A stretch of 64,000 bases of DNA from a virus: positions 1-64,000 of IMG/VR virus record IMGVR_UViG_3300033273_000658. One strand, written 5' to 3'. The notes under the pieces were generated by a model, which did not search any database, was not told the DNA's origin, and saw only the letters and a list, made by a program, of their open reading frames with translations. Positions 58,967-64,000 of the stretch are shown here, piece by piece; within the stretch, counting starts at the first letter, position 1; each line of letters opens with the position of its first letter. The translations under genes and the position numbers were made by a program.

Positions 58967-59767
58967 ATGAAACTTACAGCTGAAAAATTAAAATCTTTGA
59001 TTAAAGAAGTCAAGTCTGAAAAAAATAGTGATTCCATGCTTCTTAGTTCACCAAACGATAAAAAAATAATTGTGCAAGAGGGCAAGCACAGCTTTTCTCT
59101 TCAGAGGCTCAACGAAACCACAATGACTGCGATACAAGGTAAATACATGGAGAATGGGTTTGTTGTTTTAACTTCAGACCGCAGTTGTCATGCAGAGCTT
59201 GGTATACCTTATGGAGAACCCTGTCCGGAAAAAGAAGAATACTTTTTCCAACAAAATAACATTGAAAATCGTGAAGTTTTAAAAAAATGGGTTAGATCCA
59301 AAGGCTATGGTTATACACCAGTTTATGGAGGGTTCAAAGAAGATGTTAAAGATGAAGAAGGAAATGTTGTCGGTAAAGTAGATTCACCAGAACCAGAACA
59401 TGCACTTTTGATAATGGCAAGAAATGAAAAAGATTCTACAAACCATTTATCTCTTAAAGATTTTGCAAAAGAAATTTGCGAAGTTTTTAATCAAGATGCT
59501 TTTTTCTACAAGCCGCCAAATTCTGAGGATAAAAATGCATACTTCATTGATAAAGACGGTAAACCATCTCAAACATTTTCGAACTTTGTGTTCGGAGATT
59601 TGCAACAAGACTATTTCACACAGCTAGCTAAAGGAAGAGAAAAATTACAACCAGAAAAAAGATTTTCTGCTATTCCAGAGGCTTTGTATGTTCCCAAACC
59701 ACCACTGTCAGCTGTCGAAGCTAGAGAAAGACGAGGAGAGATTTTCATAACTGTGAGGGGTAAATGA
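58967..59767 (+). CDS. Leader-motif protein with SAM-lyase-like (T3 SAMase/DUF3293-like) domain
   Basis: MKLTAEKLKSLIKE leader; FVVLTSDRS...N......L...VR...GGFKE...EHALLI...AKEICEVFNQDAFFYK. Confidence 0.55.
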   Translation: MKLTAEKLKSLIKEVKSEKNSDSMLLSSPNDKKIIVQEGKHSFSLQRLNETTMTAIQGKYMENGFVVLTSDRSCHAELGIPYGEPCPEKEEYFFQQNNIENREVLKKWVRSKGYGYTPVYGGFKEDVKDEEGNVVGKVDSPEPEHALLIMARNEKDSTNHLSLKDFAKEICEVFNQDAFFYKPPNSEDKNAYFIDKDGKPSQTFSNFVFGDLQQDYFTQLAKGREKLQPEKRFSAIPEALYVPKPPLSAVEARERRGEIFITVRGK

Positions 59768-60510
59768 TCAACTATGAAAAATCAATTGATCTCTATGGAG
59801 ATAACATCGGTAGGGTGGACTATGTTTCTCATATGGGTAGCGACCTTACCGTTGTTAATAGTGCTCGTGTCTCTTTTGGTACTACAAAATCAGAACTGGA
59901 TAAACGAGATAGGAAGCTTATCCGCTACCTTATTTCCCACAAGCACACTTCTACTTTGGAGCATTGTGTTGTTACCTATAAATTTACTGTCCCTTTATTC
60001 ATTCGTTCTCAACATCACCGTCACAGAACGTGGAGTTATAACGAAATTAGTAGACGATACACAGACAAAGAACTTCGGTTTTATTGTCCACGAGAATTTA
60101 GAACACAACACAAATCAAACAGACAAGCCTCAAACGTAGAAGAACTTATTGACCCCTTCCTGTGGCATGATGGAGAGTCTCAAATTATTCCTGCTTTCCA
60201 TCCACAGGCTTCTGAGGTATACCGAGAGCACTGCCAAAGTTCTTTGAACCTATTTCATGAACTAGTTAATAAAGGAGTGTGTAGAGAACAAGCAAGAGGC
60301 GTTTTACCACAAACACTTTACACAGAATATTATGGAACTTGCAATCTCAATAACCTTCTTAAATTTGTTTCTCTTCGTTTACATGATGGTGCACAATATG
60401 AAATACAAAAAGTCGCAGAAGCATGCTTGGAAATCGCCACCGACCTTTTCCCTGTCACAGTCAAAGCGTACAGAAATGCAACTGGTCACAGCGAAGTACA
60501 GCAAGGGTGA
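59764..60510 (+). CDS. thyX: Flavin-dependent thymidylate synthase
   Basis: SARVS, H.STLEH, RSQHHRHRTWSYNEISRRY, EQAR.VLP, AQYEI. Confidence 0.95.
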   Translation: MINYEKSIDLYGDNIGRVDYVSHMGSDLTVVNSARVSFGTTKSELDKRDRKLIRYLISHKHTSTLEHCVVTYKFTVPLFIRSQHHRHRTWSYNEISRRYTDKELRFYCPREFRTQHKSNRQASNVEELIDPFLWHDGESQIIPAFHPQASEVYREHCQSSLNLFHELVNKGVCREQARGVLPQTLYTEYYGTCNLNNLLKFVSLRLHDGAQYEIQKVAEACLEIATDLFPVTVKAYRNATGHSEVQQG

Positions 60511-60736
60511 TTTAGTAAATTTAAATACATTCGGTCTCATACTGAGATCAACAGGAAATCAAGCGAGGATCGGCATTGTTATGTCGCATCCTCGTAACTA
60601 TTATAAGGCTAACGCAGATCAAGAACTAATCTATTGGGTATATGACGTAGTAGTTGGAAACGAACTAATTATAGACGTACCTCAAGAATTTTTGATAAGG
60701 ATTAATAAAGATGAAAATGAAGAAGATCTTGACTGA
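60476..60736 (+). CDS. Small hypothetical protein (start uncertain)
   Basis: YSKGDLV...GIV beta-barrel-like pattern; the longer ORF start overlaps thyX heavily. Confidence 0.5.
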   Translation: MQLVTAKYSKGDLVNLNTFGLILRSTGNQARIGIVMSHPRNYYKANADQELIYWVYDVVVGNELIIDVPQEFLIRINKDENEEDLD

Positions 60737-61808
60737 GTGGCGCAAGTTTATTAAAGAAGGCGTTTCAAACGAAGATATAAGAAACAAAGAAATACAAAGA
60801 ATTAATAATTCTAGAATACCAGATAAAGAAGCACAAAAACAAATTGCTTCTATCTACCTGCCAATGTCTTTGATGGGTCATATCCCAAGAGGAGCAAAAG
60901 AGTTTTATGAAAATAAAAGAACATCGGCTAGAGATTTATTAATGATGCTTGATGTCCTAGGAGATGATGTTCATGAACACGAACTACTAAACCGACAAAC
61001 AACAGACTCAGAGTATTTTACAATTGAAACTGTTGGAGGGTTAGCTAAAGGAAGTGCAATAGAGAAGATAAGACTTAGAAGCAAAGTGACAGAAGCATCA
61101 GAAGGTATTTTTGACAGTACACAAGATCTTAAAAAAAGAATATTCACAGCAGAAGATATGATAAGTCAAAAAGATTTTGATTTTTCGAAACTTTCTGGTG
61201 AGTTTGAGCTTGGCCCGTCTAAAGGAGGCTATCACAAAGGGCCTGATAGTGGCAATGCCGGCATTCAGATCCCAAAAGATAAAATGTCTCCTGCCGAGAT
61301 AGCCGAATGGGAAAAAATGATGGATGAGTTTTCGAAACATCATGCGGTTGAGTTATATTGGAACGGCCCAAAAGATAGAGAATTTTATTTAATGCTTCAA
61401 CGTACTCATCAAGAACGAAAAAAGTTTTATGAATACATGTACAAACTTTGGTATGAAAAAACAGGTCCCGAAAACTACTTCACTAATTTATTTTATGATG
61501 CAACATTCGATGAAGGTTACGAGGAAGCGCTTCAACACCTTATTGATAGTATGACTGTTGTAGATGAAAGGCCAGATCAGCAAAAAGCTCTTGATGCGAC
61601 AGCTGAAATAGTGTTGAGTCTTAAAGAAGAATTTGATAATTTAATTGCAGGGACTTCATTACTCACAGGCAAAGATCTGGAAATACACCTAGAAACTATA
61701 GAAATCGTTAAAGAAAAAATGAAAAAAGCCAGAAAGGATTTCCGTGTAGCTCAAAGAAAATTAAGAGATTACCAGAGGGAATTAAGAAGAACTCAGAGTT
61801 CTAAATGA
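60711..61808 (+). CDS. Leader-variant protein of unknown function
   Basis: MKMKKILTEWRKFIKE N-terminus; ACTAATTA at 60664. Confidence 0.65.
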   Translation: MKMKKILTEWRKFIKEGVSNEDIRNKEIQRINNSRIPDKEAQKQIASIYLPMSLMGHIPRGAKEFYENKRTSARDLLMMLDVLGDDVHEHELLNRQTTDSEYFTIETVGGLAKGSAIEKIRLRSKVTEASEGIFDSTQDLKKRIFTAEDMISQKDFDFSKLSGEFELGPSKGGYHKGPDSGNAGIQIPKDKMSPAEIAEWEKMMDEFSKHHAVELYWNGPKDREFYLMLQRTHQERKKFYEYMYKLWYEKTGPENYFTNLFYDATFDEGYEEALQHLIDSMTVVDERPDQQKALDATAEIVLSLKEEFDNLIAGTSLLTGKDLEIHLETIEIVKEKMKKARKDFRVAQRKLRDYQRELRRTQSSK

Positions 61809-62650
61809 ATCTAATATTGCCGAAGATAATAACAGGTGGCTCTCTTGAATCCTTGTTCTATGCTTACATCCATGAGACACCGATAGTTCTTACACAACCC
61901 TATGTTCCATTCGAACTTGATATGGTTGAAGATAATTCTTTCTTTGAGCTGCTCGGATATACAGCAGAAATGCCGTTAACCAAAGTTCAAGTGTGGGATC
62001 GACTTGTATTTGTACTCTCAATGGCCGGTCTCGTTATGATGCCCAACAACGTGAGAAATGTCCGAGAAGAAGGGAATAAAATTATCTTCTCATTAAATGA
62101 CAATTCTCGCTTCATTATAGCCTATGAGAGAAAGGTGTCTTTTGATAAACACCTAGATGGCGAAGTTGATGTTTACGATTGGTTCGACATCAGATCAGGA
62201 GCAAAAACAGAATTACAGGAGATAAATGATTCAGAAGATGACCTCGTTCATAAAGTTGTTTTTTATGATTCACGAAGAAAGGGAACAGGAGGTAAAGGCT
62301 TCAAAGACCTTGTCGCTGTATCTCGCATGCAAACGTCGGAGCTACACGAATATGAAAATAGTGAGGGTTACGTCCGCCTTAAAACAATCAAGATGATGAA
62401 AGATCAAGGCATGAGAGGAAGACCGAATGGCTATAACAAGAAAGGCAAACAACAATTTTATGCTCTCAAAATAGAGCACATGCATCGTGAGATTATAAAA
62501 AGATACGAACCAAAATTCACCATGCAAGAAGCAATAAATCAAATAAGAGAAGAGAAGGAGATATGGAAACTTACGAAAAAACTATTACATCAAAAGCAAA
62601 TTTCCATCTTGCGGGAATCGTCCCGGTTGCCGGTGGACATACTAGTTTAA
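61805..62650 (+). CDS. Hypothetical protein (degenerate Rossmann-like start)
   Basis: IITGGSLESLFYA; ATGA coupling. Confidence 0.6.
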   Translation: MNLILPKIITGGSLESLFYAYIHETPIVLTQPYVPFELDMVEDNSFFELLGYTAEMPLTKVQVWDRLVFVLSMAGLVMMPNNVRNVREEGNKIIFSLNDNSRFIIAYERKVSFDKHLDGEVDVYDWFDIRSGAKTELQEINDSEDDLVHKVVFYDSRRKGTGGKGFKDLVAVSRMQTSELHEYENSEGYVRLKTIKMMKDQGMRGRPNGYNKKGKQQFYALKIEHMHREIIKRYEPKFTMQEAINQIREEKEIWKLTKKLLHQKQISILRESSRLPVDILV

Positions 62651-63447
62651 AGTTTCCGTTTCCTGATGTGATGCTCCCAATAGCGAACGACTATACGTTA
62701 TTAGATGCTGCTATTGTTGAATGTGCCTATGCTGGTTGCGATACAATCTGGATTGTCTGTAATGATGACACAGCTCCACTGCTACGTCACAGGATTGGAG
62801 ATTACATAGAAGATCCTTCTTATTATTATTTTAATACATCGGTTAATAAATACGACAGAAAACGTATCCCTATCTTTTGGGTACCTCAGCATCCCAAGGA
62901 TAGAGATAAGCGAGACTGCCTTTCTTGGAGCGTAATCTATGGAGCACTCAGCAGTTTCATGATTTCATCAAAAATCTCTAAATGGATCATACCGGACAAA
63001 TACTATGTTAGTTTTCCGTACGGTCTTATCAATCCTAGAGATCTTATGGAAAGTAGAAAGTTTATAAGTTCCAAAGATAATTTCTATGTGATGCATAATA
63101 ATCAGACAGTTCAAGACAACCTATACAGTTCTTTTACATTTGGTAAGGATGAATTTGTCAAATACCGAAGAAATGTTCGCAAAGGAACTGGACGATGGAA
63201 AGGTTCTTATGGCAACATGGAAGAGTTGCCACTAGAAGAGCGTTGGTCTGCTAGATTTTTTGAACCAAAAGATGTCTTCACGGACTTAGACATTGAAGAT
63301 TCTAACGTTTTATCAACAGAGAACTATCATAACATAGCCAGTTGGGAAGAGTACCATAAGTACATGAACTCATCATACTCCAGAGAGATTATTAAGCCAC
63401 CTGGGGATTTATTCTCTTATAAAGAATTCAACGGTGTTGCAACCTAA
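62563..63447 (+). CDS. Nucleotidyltransferase-like protein (NTP_transferase/GT-A fold)
   Basis: GIVPVAG...P..MLPI...ECAYAGCDTIWIV; AAGGAG RBS. Confidence 0.65.
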   Translation: METYEKTITSKANFHLAGIVPVAGGHTSLKFPFPDVMLPIANDYTLLDAAIVECAYAGCDTIWIVCNDDTAPLLRHRIGDYIEDPSYYYFNTSVNKYDRKRIPIFWVPQHPKDRDKRDCLSWSVIYGALSSFMISSKISKWIIPDKYYVSFPYGLINPRDLMESRKFISSKDNFYVMHNNQTVQDNLYSSFTFGKDEFVKYRRNVRKGTGRWKGSYGNMEELPLEERWSARFFEPKDVFTDLDIEDSNVLSTENYHNIASWEEYHKYMNSSYSREIIKPPGDLFSYKEFNGVAT

Positions 63448-63454
63448 TTATCAC

Positions 63455-64000
63455 ATGTCAATACAACAAAAGAAATATAAAAGACTTAGGAAAGAATTGC
63501 AGTTTGTTCAAAGCGAACTTGAGTATGTAGAAGAGGTTTTGAGTGAGTGGCACTTGATTTTTGAAGAATACCACAGAGACTATTGCAAAAGGAAAGGAAT
63601 TGATCTAAATCAATTAAATAAAAAATCTAGTAAAAAAATTGACCAGCTAATACCTGAACCAGTAAAAAAAGATACCGGTTTAATTGTGTATGATAATAAA
63701 AAAGATAAAGATGTTTTTAAAAAACTGTTTAAACAAATTGCTAGGAAATTGCATCCTGATCTGGGTGGAGACGAAAAAAAGTTTCAAGAAGCTACATCTG
63801 CTATGGAAGAAAAAAACTTTGAAAAAATTCTTGACATCTGTGATGAGCATGGTATATTAATAGAGATCAACAAAGAAATGTTGGAACTTTTGGAACAACA
63901 AATTTCAGAAACAAAAGAAAAAATAAGTAAAGAAAAATCTACTTATTCTTGGAGTCTTTATTCATGCACAAATGACAAATGTAAAGATAAAGTAATTCAA
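63455..64000 (+). CDS. J-domain (DnaJ-like) protein, runs off the window
   Basis: My translation from ATG 63455: ...FKKLFKQIARKLHPDLGGDEKKFQEATSA (HPD motif). Confidence 0.75.
   Translation, partial: MSIQQKKYKRLRKELQFVQSELEYVEEVLSEWHLIFEEYHRDYCKRKGIDLNQLNKKSSKKIDQLIPEPVKKDTGLIVYDNKKDKDVFKKLFKQIARKLHPDLGGDEKKFQEATSAMEEKNFEKILDICDEHGILIEINKEMLELLEQQISETKEKISKEKSTYSWSLYSCTNDKCKDKVIQ

Noticed and set aside
1-64000. Alternative genetic code (stop-codon reassignment)
   Set aside because: Core genes are full length under the standard code, and TAA, TAG and TGA all end genes at sensible, coupled boundaries.
1-64000. tRNA genes, CRISPR array, integrase or transposase
   Set aside because: Intergenic gaps are short. 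I saw no cloverleaf, repeat-spacer array or recombinase/transposase motifs by eye; a tRNA scan was not run.

Overview
This window is a low-GC fragment of a large T4-like (contractile-tailed) bacteriophage genome, almost entirely + strand and consistent with the standard genetic code. In order it holds: the end of a primase; an Mre11-Rad50 fusion; a DEDDh exonuclease; a holin/spanin-like membrane trio; terminase, portal and prohead protease; ribosomal protein bS21; an ~11 kb block of putative head-decoration/fibre genes; scaffold and major capsid; neck, sheath, two tube paralogs, tail chaperones, tape measure and baseplate; and a replication/metabolism block. That last block has a minimal family-A polymerase, degenerate tubulin, gp32-like SSB, ParB-like protein, UvsX/RecA, 5'-3' exonuclease, DnaB-like helicase, NrdJ, GroES, ThyX, a nucleotidyltransferase-like protein and a J-domain protein. 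Two promoter classes are visible: sigma70-type TTGACA-N16/17-TATAAT before replication genes, and a recurrent (A)CTA(T/A)TTA motif before structural genes (inferred late promoter). The most notable pattern is a shared N-terminal leader, MKLT..(K/R)LK.LI(K/R)EE...(L/M)xE, fused to many unrelated cargo proteins. Several of these have their own late-type promoter even inside the early region, and one cargo resembles the T3 SAM lyase. This suggests a capsid-targeting system for packaged, possibly anti-defence, proteins. All family assignments are by-eye motif recognition; no searches were run.
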